Below are positions 25,808 through 39,325 of a stretch of DNA of 64,000 nt, in pieces. Source of the DNA: Oculina patagonica. Taxonomy: Eukaryota. Below the pieces are notes generated by a model that saw only the letters and a list, made by a program, of their open reading frames with translations, did not search any database and was not told the DNA's origin. Where the stretch lies: NCBI RefSeq assembly GCF_052425735.1, contig NC_135767.1, positions 18,786,001-18,850,000 on the forward strand, written 5' to 3'. The position numbers were made by a program, and so were the translations under genes. Within the stretch, counting starts at the first letter, position 1, and the number at the start of each line of letters is the position of its first letter.

Positions 25808-27543
25808 GAACTTTTGCTTCGTTCAAGGTCAAACTGAACGTTACTTAAAAGTAAATTAACCAATATTTGCACAGGGTATTTAGAAATCTCCATTCTTCAA
25901 TGGGTACATTTGAAGTAAGCATTTAATTTTTGTGTTCGTTTGAATTAGCTCCACCTTCTATGTCAGCCTAGAGCTGAATTTTAGTTCAATGTTTTCGACT
26001 TTTGATTTTGATTTCAAGTTGTTATCGTTCTTTGAAGGACTTTAAATGAACTAAAATATCGAGAATGTTTATGGTAGTTAATAAACCAATACGTTTAAAA
26101 TCTCTGATAATACTTCCTAAATGAAAACTACTTCTACTTACCACCTTCCCTCGAGCTACTTCAATTTGGAAACACGTCTCATCAAAATCGCCACTTTTGT
26201 TGAGTTTATAAACATACTACTAATTATGGGTTAAAGTAATTCTTTGTAATATAACTGTCTACAAACTTCATATTTACATGTATATACAACGGATGTCATT
26301 AACACTTTGTACTTTGAAACTTCCAAGACTCCTTTTATTAAAGCGGACTTTATTGAAATGAGCTATAATTTAAATGATAACTCTCATTCTGAATATGTAA
26401 GCAAATGACAAACAATCGGAATTTATATCATTACACTCATGTACTTAAACTTTATTTTGGATTTTAACCTTAATATTAAGAAAAGAGTAAACGTTCACAA
26501 CCTGATATTTGCAGACAACTTTTTTTGTAGAAATATTGCACGCAAACAATAGACCTCTTAGGTTCTTCAGCTCGTCAAACAAATTCAGGTAGAAATAAAT
26601 GAATACATTTCAGATAGACAAAGAAACAATTCTCTGGAAAGCATTACATGATCTACAATGGGCGATTTACTTACTTTGCTAAAGAGGTCTATAGAGGATG
26701 ATGAAAATCAGAAAAAAAGTCGGCTTTGTTTGTCAGTTGTGGGAGATGGAAAATGGCCGAGTTTTGAAATACAAGAAATACAGCAATCGGCATTCCCTTA
26801 ATCACAAAAATGTAATAGTTAACTCGACTACACAAAACAAAAGGATTGATACGAAATGTTTAATTGAAGATACTTGTAAATGTACAAAACAAGAGCGACT
26901 GAATGAAAAAAAAAGCAGCAAACAAGTTAAGCTTACGGTATGACCGTAAATCTGACAACTAAATATTATTCAGTGTAAGTTAGGTTCCACACTTTATTAA
27001 AGTTTGTACCTTTGAATCTTGGTCTTGTCCTTTCTACGTCAAGTCAAAACTTGTTAGACTCAACACTTTGAGCTTAATGTCGCTTCAGTTTCAGCATAAT
27101 ATAAACCCTTGCTTTGTTCGACTTGCACAAGGCGTATAACTTGCAGAAAATATTCTGATTCGGATCGATCTTCCCGTAAATCTTAACTGTTTTTACAATT
27201 TTCCAGGACGTATTGCGGTATAAACGACTTTGGAGGAGATTGTTTGAGGGAATTTTCGAAAGAAAACTCGCTTGTTCGCTCTCCTCGGTTTCATTCAACT
27301 CAAGAAGTGAACACCGCGCCACAAATTTTACCGCTTCTTCGCACTTTCACTTCGTTTACGTCAAAAGGAAATGTCCAAGAAATTTTAAAATAAAACAGTT
27401 TTCCATTCGCCCATATTTGATACGAGAGGTTAAAGTCAACTCGGAGTAAACGATGGGAACTTGCAGCTATAAATCTCGACTTAGCTTAAATGCAAATGCA
27501 CACGTCATGTTATATACGCACGGTCGTGCGTAGAGAAAGATTT

Positions 27544-28097
27544 AAGGTCTCCGCACACGTGGAGACATGTTGCAGCAACATGTAGCAGCGACAAAATCAT
27601 GTGTTGTTCACACTTCGGGGACATGAAGCAGCGACGTGTAGCGGGGACATGTAGCAGCAACAAAATCTAAATGTGTACACACACAAGTAACTGTAGCGGG
27701 GCATGCCCCAAGGATATGTCGCAGCGACACGTCCCCTCGTGTGTGCGGATATTTTTTGGCACGTGCAACACGAATTCCTGCAACATTTTGTCCCTGCGAC
27801 ATGTTGCACGGAGTTCAACGAGTTGAATTCCGTGCAACATGTTGCAGGGACAAAACAGCTTCAAAGTTTGTGTTGCGCGTGCCAAAAATAATCAGCACAC
27901 ACGAGGGGACGTGTCGCTGCGGCATGTCCCTGGAACATGTCCCCGCTACATTTTCTTGCGTGTGTACACATTGTGATTTTGTTTCTTCTAAATGTCCCGC
28001 TTTACGTCCCCTCAGTGTTAACAACACATGATTTTGTCGCTGCTACATGTCGCTGCGCCTTGTCCCTGCGTTTTGTCCCCACGTGTGCGGAGACCTT
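27544..28097. mobile_element. Palindromic foldback MITE (~555 bp)
   Basis: AAGGTCTCCGCACACGTGG / CCACGTGTGCGGAGACCTT; the arms mirror to the centre near 27820. Confidence 0.8.
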
Positions 28098-28747
28098 TAT
28101 ACCACGATCTCTCAATAGGAAGTAGATAGGGCTTGCGCGCGCTGCATTATAATATATATTCTCAAGCCATCAGCAACGTTTCTGAATGTTACATTTTGAC
28201 ACCCTTTACTTAATTTCCGTTGCATTTTGTATTTGACCCGAGTCCACTTCAAATGGCTTGGTTCGCCTATCTAAGAGCTTAAAAAATCATCAAGGTAGAA
28301 ATTCAATTATACGATGCTATTGATAAGATACTACAATTATAGCTTCAAATTACACGACAAACCAATTATCCTTAGAGATTTCGTAAACAAACCTTTACTC
28401 AAATACAAAGTAGAAAACAATAAACTTTAAAAGATAAGAAGAAATGTCCTCAGTAGTAAATTTGCATCATTTCCTAAAAAAAATCTTAGAGCAAAAATCA
28501 ATAATAATGTTGATATTTTTTTATAATTTTACCACAATATTGCATATTAATTCTCGAGTATTAAGAAGTGTAAATAAATGCTGTAATTCATTTTTTGTGT
28601 ATATTACATTGTAAGTAATTTTATGTGTAAAAAATAAGGGAAAAATAATACACTAGCTGATAGCATATCTCGAGCGAGTGAAATTAAACTTATAATTAAA
28701 TTAAAACACACTTTTTTGAAGATCAGGCGCATTTGAAGTGTTTATTA

Positions 28748-29263
28748 TATAGAGGATAATACATGGTTGCGCGGAGATATGAAATTTATCTTTGAGTGTT
28801 TAAATCGATAGCTCACAAGTGAGCGCAGTTATCGAGTGAGATATCGGTTTTGAACACGAGAAGATAAATTTCATATCTCCAAGCAAGCAATTATTCTGTT
28901 TATTATATAAACCTACTAATTACGATGTTATACACGATTTTCTGAAGATTTCCGACCCTTTTCCGAAGATTTCGAAGATTTCAAAAATGATGGCTGACGA
29001 TCGTACGAATGTTTCCGAACATTTTCCGAACTTTCCCGGAAAATTCCGAAGATTGCCGAGGATTGCCGAGGAAGATCGGAAGATTTTTCGACTCAATATC
29101 GATAACCTTTGGCTCATTGAGTATTGAAACATGACAAACTCTGCGAACTGATTTGTCAAAAATGATATCACACATGTGTGGATATCATTTTTATCCACGC
29201 ATGTGGGATACCATTTTTATCGATTTGCTACCACTCGCTATACCACTGCAGTTCGTATAATAA
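28748..29263 (+). mobile_element. ~0.5-kb interspersed repeat inserted in the gene 5 upstream region
   Basis: Interrupts GTGTTTATTAT|TGCTTGGTAAT, which is contiguous at ~21113-21133 upstream of gene 4; internal CCGAAGATT repeats. Confidence 0.65.
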
Positions 29264-29791
29264 TGCTTGGTAATCGAACAGAATGTGGATATTCAAATGA
29301 TTTTTAATCATGACACTCTAAATAACGCGATTTCTGAAATGAGAAAACTTCCTCGAAATTATGATTTTTTATTCAACACATTTCAAAAAGTAAAGTTTGC
29401 AAATCTTAAAAATGCACTTAAAGTACAATAAGATCCTATTTAAATTATTCTTCTGTTGTCCAATTTCAGTTTAATACTTCATGATGCTTGTTACAACATA
29501 ACAGAGGCATATTAAAACAAAATAGCTAAACAAAATAAAACATAATAATTTTACATTGCATCCGTGTCAGTCATCACTAATTTTAATTTGTATTCACACC
29601 GGCAAATCCGCAGTGAGTTCATATTATAAAAAAAGTAATTTTCTTCCCAAAACAAAGTTGTTTGTCATGACAGCTTCAAACATTGGTAATTTTTAAAGCC
29701 TCGTTAATTATTTAGCAGAAAAAGGATTTGTCAGTACGGTCCGTAGAAACACCTTGTCAGAAGAATTTATGGGTTTGACGAGGCCTTGAAA

Positions 29792-32744
29792 ATGACACAT
29801 CAAATAGAGGTATGAATTGTTTCTTGTAATTTTAAGACAAACTGGGTTTTAATTGAGTCCTATATTTCAAAACAGAACAGTCAAACCCATTTTTAACCTA
29901 AATCACTACGAAAAAAATTAGAGACTTCAGCTAACACGTCATGTGTTTTCGAATGAATTGAATTTATTCGAATGAATTGAATTTATATTCTGTTCATTGC
30001 TTATTTTTTTATGTTTTTTAGTTACGAAAACCAATTATAATCATACATACAAGAAACTAAATACATGCAAAGCGAATTACAATATTTCACTAAACCTACA
30101 CAACGTAACGTAACTAATCTAAGTAAAAATTGGTGGCAGGAAACAAAATTAGCAAAAAGAAAACAAAAACTACCTCCATCGTTGGCAGTTGCAGGTTTAG
30201 GTTTACTTATAACAATAAGGAAAGGTGGCATTTAAAAAGAATCTTGAGGGAATTCAGGGAGGGAGTATTTCGTTTACTGGTAATTGAGATTGTTGCTCTC
30301 TCACACACACAACAAATATTCTTGCTTATAGATATAACGGAGTACTTTAAAGTATTAAAATTAAGCTAGCTTATGGTAATTTTCACAAACATACAAAGAG
30401 AAGCATATTTCTTTCATTTAACATCTCTTTTCGGATCAAACCTTGCCAAAGTGTCGCATATGTACTATAACATATATCTTAGACTGAAATCTCATCGACA
30501 GCAGTAACAATTTTAATCAAATCCAATGCCCAGTAATATATGTCTCGCATATCTAAAACTATTAAAAAAATCTCAAACAATTTCCCGTCAGATTAATTTT
30601 CATTTTCTATATCGCTGATGTAGTTTGTAAAACTTCAACGATAGCTATATTTATTTTGATTTATTATTTCATGCTTGTAGTTTACAAATTTTGTTTCCAA
30701 GTTGTTCACATGATTAATAATTCAAGAACGGAAAACAAACCAAGGAAAGTCATGCATGCCTAACAAGGAAACAATTTTTTTTTTACTTCTCTCTTTTACT
30801 ATTCTTCTAAATCAGGGTCTTATTAAAAATGTCTCGTTTCATCGATCAGAAAACTAAACACAAAACGTAGCCGAAAATAATACAACTTGAGTAGTTCAGA
30901 AAAACTTCCACTTACAGTAATTATACATGTACATCAACAGATATACTTTTGTGTTTTTATCGTTTTTGTGTGGAAATTATTGATTTACTCGCTGTTCGTG
31001 TTTGATGTATTACGGCAAGGATATAAATTTTTATTATCAGTCACGTCAAATAGTACATAATACATATTACTAAAACCTCTACTTAAAAAAAATCGAAAAG
31101 CGTTAAATGATAATTCTAATTCGTGCTGTTAGACTTTCAGTCCGACAATTTTAGTGACCTAACACATTTCATGTTTCTTCAGGTGCTGACAGTTGCATTC
31201 TTTTTCCTGCTCCAAACAACAAACACAAGAGCTGAAGAACGACGACAAGCTGTCTTCAAAACAAAGAACAACTCTGTTCTGTTTGATGAAACTCCTATTT
31301 CTGAAATAAGATCAGATTCACTGATGTCCTGTTCGCAGCGATGTGCCAGAGACAAACGTTGCAAGAGTGCTAATTTTAAAACAGACGAGAAGACGTGTTC
31401 TCTGCTGGACAAAACAAGGAATACTAATCCACGGCTCTTTGTGAAACAAGCTAACGTAATTCACATGGAAAAGGTACCGAGTCAAAACTCACAGAAAAAA
31501 TGTCAATTGAGAACATCCATTTTAGCCTTTTGACGAAAATCATGAGTTCTAATATGTGCATTTTCTAAGAAATCCTATCTTTTTTAAAGAAAATGTGTTA
31601 TTCTTCCTAAAACAACCTTATTGGCGAAATATTACTTAGACAACTAACCCGGCTTCTGAGAGAGAGCTTGAATTCTTAATACATCGACGTAAACTAAACT
31701 TATTATAATTTTTTACGTTTTTTTTTTTTATTTTGAAAATGGTTATTGTTAATACTCCAATAAAATAAATTTTTGTTTTTATCTTTTCGCAGATAAATTC
31801 AGACCTCGGTAAGCTAAGCCAGAATTTAGTTAAAACTTTTTGTATTTTAAGGTCTCTATTTCGTAGGAACTGTGTGTGCTTAGCATTTCTTCCCCTTCAC
31901 CCTTGCTTTTCTTTAGATTTGTTTAGATTTAGTTTGCTTGTTATGTCACCTTCAACTATACTGTACAAAACAACTGTCTTGCACTTCTTACTAAGAGGAA
32001 TTACAAATAATCCTTTATCAATATCTGTTTAAAAACTCTTTAAAGTTTTCCGTTCACCATTTAATTGCAGCTTCTTGCTTCTTTCACGTAGGTACAACAC
32101 AAGAGCTGGCTGTTCCCTCGTGCAAGTTCCTCTCCTCAGCCATCCATCCCAGTGGTAGCTATTGGGTTGATCCAGACAGTGGATCCCACGCCAATGCATT
32201 TAAGGCTTACTGTGAAATGGATACCGATGGAGGAGGCTGGACTCTAGTGTGGAGTTACACGTTTACTGATTACGAAAATTTTTTGGCTGACGGAAACGCG
32301 GTCACTCCAAGACCTAGCTGGCCAGCAGAGTCTGCAGATGTCCCAATCTCTACTACCCCACCAGCAATTGAAACCGACTACAACGCCATGGAATTTCCGT
32401 TGTGGCGGCAATTTGGAAAGGAGATCCTCATCAAAAGCAACATCAACAACTGGGTCGTTTGTTCACCGGACACAGGAAGTTTGGTTGAATGGCAGGTTGG
32501 AAACGTCATTTGTAAGATCGTCAAGCGCATGACTGACACGTGTTCAGATGGGCCGCTGATTTCATATTTGATAACAAATGATTGCGGACCAAATTTTAAG
32601 CGTCGGAACGGGGGAGGAGCAGGTTATTATAATTTTGACGCTTGCACCGGAACACGCTTCCCCACACATGATCCCTGTGGTCAAAACGGAGACAACAGCC
32701 TGAAGAATGTGGAAAATCCTCATGGGAATATTTTCGTTCGCTAA
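29792..32744 (+). CDS. Gene 5: secreted PAN/Apple + fibrinogen-related-like protein; exons 29792-29809 (MTHQIE), 31183-31473, 31793-31808, 32092-32744
   Basis: Same exon phases and splice signals as gene 4; microexon INSDLG; ends PHGNIFVR*. Confidence 0.85.
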
Positions 32745-32995
32745 GAACTGTTGCATTATTAAAGAACAAAGCGAACGTTTCTTTCCTCCAAGTAAATAAG
32801 CCAATGTTTGCACAGGGTATTCAACAATTCCATTCTTCAATGGGTGCACTTGTAAAAGGCATTGCATTTTTGTTTGAATTAGCTCCACCTTCTAAGAAAG
32901 CTTAGAGCTGAATTTTAGATCAATGTTTTCGATTTGATTATAAGTTGTTATGATTCTTTTAAGGGCTTTTACTGAAATTATCTAAAATATCATAG

Positions 32996-33276
32996 TTAAT
33001 AGGGAAAAATGGTTATGAAGCCCGGCAGACTTCTTTGTTATAGATTTTTGTTCGCTCTATTTTGGCGGTAGACAGTGGACAGAACCTGAAAAAATACAAT
33101 AGGTTGTTACGTGTGTTCATGTAACTAACCAATTGAAACATCGCGATTACGTAACTCATGCATAGTGTATGAGCGCAAAAAAAAAGATGTGCACTGTCAT
33201 GGACCTTACAATATACATCTTGGCCTCTTTGTTTGCTCTTTGATGTTTTCGGGCTTCTTATATTTCCCTCTATTAA
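32996..33276. mobile_element. MITE downstream of gene 5
   Basis: TTAATAGGGAAAAAT..TGAAGCCCG / CGGGCTTCTTATATTTCCCTCTATTAA imperfect TIRs; absent from paralogous 3' flanks. Confidence 0.55.
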
Positions 33277-34349
33277 CTGCGAAAATGTGAACTACCATAT
33301 CATGGTAGTTACTGTTCAGTAGTGTTCAGCTGTTATTACTCTTGACACAATTCGTGATAATATACATGATGTACTTTCTATAAGTTTACTATAAGTTTGA
33401 AAGGGATCTCGAGTTGTTGTGAGCATTGCGGCGTGTTGTGAAATGGCTTAAAAGAGTTTTTGAAGAGATTTATCTGTGTTAAATCGATTAGGCCGTGCCT
33501 GGTTGAACCTGGTTTTTGGGCGGGCCGGAGTGTTTAATCGGCCATGACCACAGTTACGTTTAAACTTTCTGACAATACTTTCTAAATAAAAACAACTTCT
33601 ACTTCAACTACCTTGCCCACTGTTACTCCATTTTCGAAACGCGATTCATCAAGATACTTACTTACGTTGAATTTAGAAACATACTACCAAATATGTGCTT
33701 TTAGTAATTCTTTGTAATACCAAGTTTGTTAAACTTTAACAAATTCACGTGGAAATTCCACTCCGACAATTTTCATGTCCCATTGTCCTATTTTTTAAAC
33801 AGATACCGACCATAAAAATCATTTTAGTTCTTCAAATATGCAGAAAGCTGAAGAAAACTTCACTACACATACAATAAGAAAATCTCTAGTACTAAGAAAA
33901 CCTCCACAAAACAAAAATTCTAACAATTACGTCAACAAGTGTAGGAAACAATTAAAGACCTGCATCCCCGCGAAGCACAAAGTATTCAACTTCCGTTGCT
34001 CTTATTTTCAGTTTAACTCTTCATGATGTTTGCAATAGTGACAAAGGCAAGACAAAGGCTTATAAACAGAATAGCTGAACGAAATTTAACATAACAAATA
34101 AATTTGACATAACAAACCGTGTTAGTCATAACTAAACTAACACTGTATTGTCTCTACCAGATGCGCAGTAATCGAGTGTATTTTATGAAAAAGTAATTTA
34201 TTTTTCCCAATACAATGTTGTTTGTCGACTTCAAAAATTGGTATCAATTTTTTAAGCCTCGTTACTTATTTAGCAGAAAAGGGATTTTGAAGAAATTTTC
34301 GTAGAAACACTTCGTCAGAAAACTTTATGGATTAGATGATGCCTTGAAA

Positions 34350-37300
34350 ATGACACAGCAATTAGAGGTATGAATTGCTCTCTGTAACTTAAAGACATAA
34401 TAAATTTAATTTCTTCATGTGCCATTATGGAATAAAATCCTTATGATACTATGATACTTCTAGAACTTCCACTGTTGTTAATACAGTTTGATACGGTAGG
34501 AAATGAGATGAAACATAGTTGGTTAGATTCTTCTTCATTTACTCGGTTTTAAGTTAATTTGATTTACATTACCGTGTATGAAATATAAAAAGTTAAGTCC
34601 TACAATTCAAAACAAACAAGCCAGACCTTTTTTCAATCTAACTGAAATGAAAAAAAATCGAAACACTTCAGACTAAAATTTATATATAACTGAATTCATT
34701 TCTATTAATTGCCGGCTTATAAAGAAGCATAAATACACTATAACGGAGTACTTTAAAGCATTAAAACTAAACTTTGAAAGGTTTCACATACTTTCCAACA
34801 GTTAGCGTATGCATTTCATGGCAATTTATACTTTTTGATCACATGCATAATCATTCAAGAACGGAAAAACAAACCAAGGAAAGTCATGCATGCGACACAA
34901 AGAGAGAATTTTTTTACTTCTCTCTTTTAAAAATAGCTTCCCGTTTCATCAGACAACCAACTAAAAGACAATAAAAGCTGTGCAGAAATCCTCAGTTCAC
35001 TTGCACTGTTCGTATGAATAACTGCCTTGTATAACGTTTCGGCAAAACGTTGTAGTTTTAAAAACTCTAACCCGTTCTCTGAAGAAAGAAATATCCATCA
35101 GTTATATTAGTTTTTATTGAAGCCACGTCAAAAAGTATGCCTACATAATCTTTAATCGCGCTAACACCTCAACTTACGATAGGAAAGCGATTGTGTATAA
35201 ATCTTGTTACTTAAGTCAGAGTTGGACAATCTTTGTGACCAAACTTATTCTATGTTCTACAGATGCTGACCATTGCAGTCTTTTTTCTGCTCCAAACAAC
35301 AAACACAAGAGCAGACGAGCGACTACAAGCCGTCTTCAAAACAAAGAACAACTCTGTTTTAACTGATGAAACTCCTATCTCTGAACTAAGATCAGATTCA
35401 CTGATGTCTTGTTCACAGCGATGTGCCAGAGACAAACGATGCAAAAGTGCTAATTTTAAAAAAGACGAGAAGACGTGTTCAATACTTGACAAAACACGGA
35501 AAACCCATCCACGGCTCTTTCGGAAACAAGTTGATGCAATTCATCTGGAAAAGGTACCGAGTAAAAGCTCAAAGAAAACCTGTCAATAAAGAACACCCAG
35601 GCTGAAATTTTGCCAAATACCGTATTCATTCGATTGAGCACCCACCTCAAATAAGCGCCCACCCTCTAGGAAGGAAAAGTTTATTAGTGCCAACCTTCGA
35701 ATAAGCGCCCACCCCCAACCCTTCTAAAACAACTTAAGTGCACCAGAGGAGTATTAATTTTTATTGAAATTGGGATTGAAATTGATTAAGTACTACTAAG
35801 AGACTACCCCGAAGACCGAGTTTTCAGAAAATTTAATAAGCGCCCAGAGCGCTTAATCGAATAAATACGGAACATCTTAACCCTATTCAGAACGGGGTTT
35901 TTGGGACCTTCTGATGCACCCCCCCCCCCCCCCAAACCCCAAACCCACCCACCCCCTCATGTTACTTCCATAATATTTTAACAATCACAATAAAACTTAT
36001 AGGATGTACAGTATATCCGAACATCTATCTTTTGGTATACGTCACGTGGGATGATGACGTCACATCAAGTGACAATTACATCATAACAGCTGTCATCTTG
36101 GATACACCATCTTGATGAATTGCCGTCATCTTGGATTTATCAAAACGCCAGAAAACCACCCAAAATCACTGTAAAGTACTCAAGATCGAAAAAAATGTGC
36201 TTAAAAACTGTAAAAAGGTGAAAACAATTGCATTAAAGTTCACTTTCATAAATAGAAACACGAAAATTACAAATTTGGGAAAAAATGCCTGACAAAATGC
36301 CGTTGCCATGGTGATATCAAGTTCCTGGCACAACAACCTATCCTTCCAAATTATTCCCAAATTATTCAAATTATTATTATCACGCCTCTACCAGCTTTCA
36401 ACTTAAGATAAAGGAGGCTATCCATATTCAAAAGGAACTACCTTGCCTCAATCAGCAATTACACCATGTAAATCTAAAATTATCCGTCTAATTCACACAT
36501 TTTCACGTTCTGTTGTTACTACTTGTCTTAATTAGCATTTTTTCTACTTATTATTCAACTCACTGTGCTTTGTAAACCATTCAACTGAAGATGACAGATG
36601 CTCTGTCGAAACATGTCTTTGAAACTTAAAAAAATTGTCCTTTTTTTTAAAATCTTTACGTGTCTGCTGTTCTCAAAACCTTTTAATACTATCTAATTTT
36701 AATTCTACTAAAAACAACCTTATTGACGCAAAATAATGCAGACAACACTGACCCGGCATCTGACGGGAAAGGTTGAATTTTTATAACATCAACGTAGACT
36801 GAACTTATAATAACTTTTGTCATTATCTTATTAATTATTTGGTAAATGGTTTTTGTTTATATTTCACTAAGATGACTTTGTGTTTTTTATCTTTTTTTGC
36901 AGATCAATTCTGACCTTGGTAAGCCTAGTTAGAATGTATTTAACTCTTTCTCAATTTTAAGGACTCGATTTCGTAGCTAGGAAGTGCACTTTTAGTTCTA
37001 CTTAGGTGGTTGTTTAATCGAACACTTTTCCCGCTTTTAAGCCCAACTCACAATCTCTACAGGTGTTAGCTAATTGATTAGATTTAGTTCGATGGTCATT
37101 TCCCTTTTTACATATACTGTACAAAACTACTCTCTTACATTCGTTTGAGCACTTCTTTATTATTATTCTGTATTTTTCTTCTTCCATTTACATACACCTT
37201 CTTTCTTCTGTCATGTAGGATCAACAAAGGAGCTAGCAGTTCCCTCGTGCAAGGCTCTTCCCGGAGCTATCCATCCCAGTGGGATGTATTGGGTTGATCC

Positions 37301-37871
37301 AGATGGTGGATCCCATGCCAACGCGTTCAAGGTTTACTGTGAAATGAATACTGATGGAGGAGGCTGGACTCTAGTGTGGAGTTACACGTTCACTGACTAC
37401 AAAGACTTTTGGTCTAACGGAAACGCGATTACTCCAAGACCAACCTGGCCAGCTGAGAATGCAGATGTCCCAGTATCTACTACAACACCAGCGAATGAAA
37501 CCGACTACAATGCCATGGAATTTCCGATGTGGCGGCAGTTGGGAAAGGAGTTCCTTATCAAAAGCAACATCAACAATTGGTTGGTTTGTTCACCGGACAC
37601 AGGAAGTTTGGTTGACTGGCAGAAAGGGGACGTCACTTGTAAGATCGTCAAGCGCGTGACGGATATGTGCTCAGATGGGCCGCTGATTTCATATTTCACA
37701 AGCATTAGTTTCGGACCAAGCTTTAAGATTCACAGCGGGGTAGGAGCATCTTATTATACTTTTGACGGTTGCACAGGAAGTCGCAAACCCACACATGATC
37801 GTTGTGGTAACAGCAGAAACAATGGTGTGAAGAATGTGGATAATCCCCATGGGAACATTTTCATTCGCTAA
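34350..37871 (+). CDS. Gene 6: secreted PAN/Apple + fibrinogen-related-like protein; exons 34350-34367 (MTQQLE), 35263-35553, 36903-36918, 37219-37871
   Basis: Canonical junctions; microexon INSDLG; intron 2 expanded by insertions; C-terminal exon intact. Confidence 0.85.
35618..35870. mobile_element. MITE in gene 6 intron 2
   Basis: CCGTATTCATTCGATTGAGC / GCTTAATCGAATAAATACGG TIRs; internal AATAAGCGCCC repeats. Confidence 0.6.
36381..36660 (+). mobile_element. 3' fragment of a Penelope-like retroelement (GIY-YIG C-terminus and 3' UTR)
   Basis: 36381-36491 reads HASTSFQLKIKEAIHIQKELPCLNQQLHHVNLKLSV*, the L.IKEA..I....P.LN motif of PLE GIY-YIG endonucleases; followed by a hammerhead motif. 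Confidence 0.8.
36580..36624 (+). ncRNA. Minimal type I hammerhead ribozyme motif (PLE-associated)
   Basis: TTCAA-CTGAAGA-T-GACAGA-TGC-TCTGTC-GAAA-CATG-TC-T-TTGAA: core boxes, 6-bp stem II, palindromic stem III, GUC site, stem I pairing. Confidence 0.75.
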
Positions 37872-39287
37872 GAGATTTTGCTTTGTTCAAGGACAAATCG
37901 AACGTAACTTAAAAGTTAATAAACCAATATTTGCACAGGGTATTCGGAAATTCACTCTTCAGTGGGTGCACGTGTAGAAGCATTGCAGGGATTTTGTGTT
38001 TGTTTGAATAAGCTCCACCTTCTAGATCTATGACAGCCTAGAGCTGAATTTTAGTTCAATGTTTTCAATTTCATAATAAGAAGGACTTTGATTATAGAAC
38101 TTAAGAACTAAGGGGGGGGGGGGGGGGGTTTTTTTTTTTTTTTTTTTTCCCCCCCCCCCCCCCCCCCCCCCTAAAATATCAAGAATCTTCATGGTAGGTA
38201 ATAAACCAATACGTTAAAACTCTATGATAATACTTCGTAAATAGAAACTACTACTACCTACCACCTTGCCTCGAGCTACTTCAATTTTGAAACACATCTC
38301 ATCAAAGTACTCACTTTTGTTAAATTTCGAAACATACTACCAATTATGGGCTTATAGTAATTCTTTGTAATATAACTGTCTACAAACTGCATATTTACAT
38401 GTATCTACAACGGATGTCATTAACACTTTGTACTGTGAAAATTCAAAGGCTCATTTTATTAAAGCATACTTATTGAAATTAACCATAATCTAAATGCTAA
38501 CTCACATTATGCACTTGTAACTGAATAACAAACAGTTTTGTATTTATAACATGTTAACTCAATCTTTCGATCTTTATGTTGGATATCAACCTTAATATTG
38601 GGAGAAGACTGAACGTTTACAACCTGATATTTGCAGTCAATTCTTTGTAGAAATATTGCACAAACACAATGGAGGATTATAAAAATAAAAAAGGCTTTGT
38701 TTAATTTGTCAGTTGTGTGAGAAATGGCCAAAACAAAATGCATGTTGTTAAGTTTAAAGACTAAAAAAGGCACTGTCACCAGTTTCACTTCAAAAACTCA
38801 AGACATGTGGAAACTAGAAATAGTGGTCCCATTTTGTTAAAAATCACTATGCAAGTGTACTATAACGATAAACAAGTGATATTTTTGTGATGTCATCCAT
38901 TGTGATCTCAACTTGAAAAAATCAGGCCGATTTTTTTCAAGTGTTGTTTGTGTGGACTAGAAAAACACTTAAAATATGTTATGGCTCGCCTTTTCCTTCA
39001 GCGACAACAACTTGATATCTCCATCTTGATGTACAAGGTGCATTTCATGTACGAGAAGACCTATTCGCCAATTTTAGTACTTTTTACCGAAAAGCATAAA
39101 AATCCCCGCGACAGTGCCTCTTTAAAGACGATAAAAGATTAAAACTCAGTTAGATTTTGATGACGTCAAGTGAAAACAAACAATAATAATAAATGCCGCA
39201 AAAAAAGAGTTTTTGCTGCGAAGCACTCAAAATAATTATCAGCAAAATTCAATAGTGTTCTTGCCCGGAGTGCTTTAAAGGCTGTAT

Positions 39288-39325
39288 ACAAACGAACGTT
39301 TCGGGGAAACCCCTTCATCAGTGAG
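39288..39325 (-). ncRNA. Degenerate minimal hammerhead motif (paralog of 45236-45270)
   Basis: Minus strand CTGATGA-A-GGGG-TTT-CCCC-GAAA-CGTTC; stem I no longer pairs. Confidence 0.45.

Noticed and set aside
27597-28125. Cluster of Cys-rich ORFs on both strands
   Set aside because: All fall inside a palindromic MITE built from TGTCGC/TGTCCC repeats.
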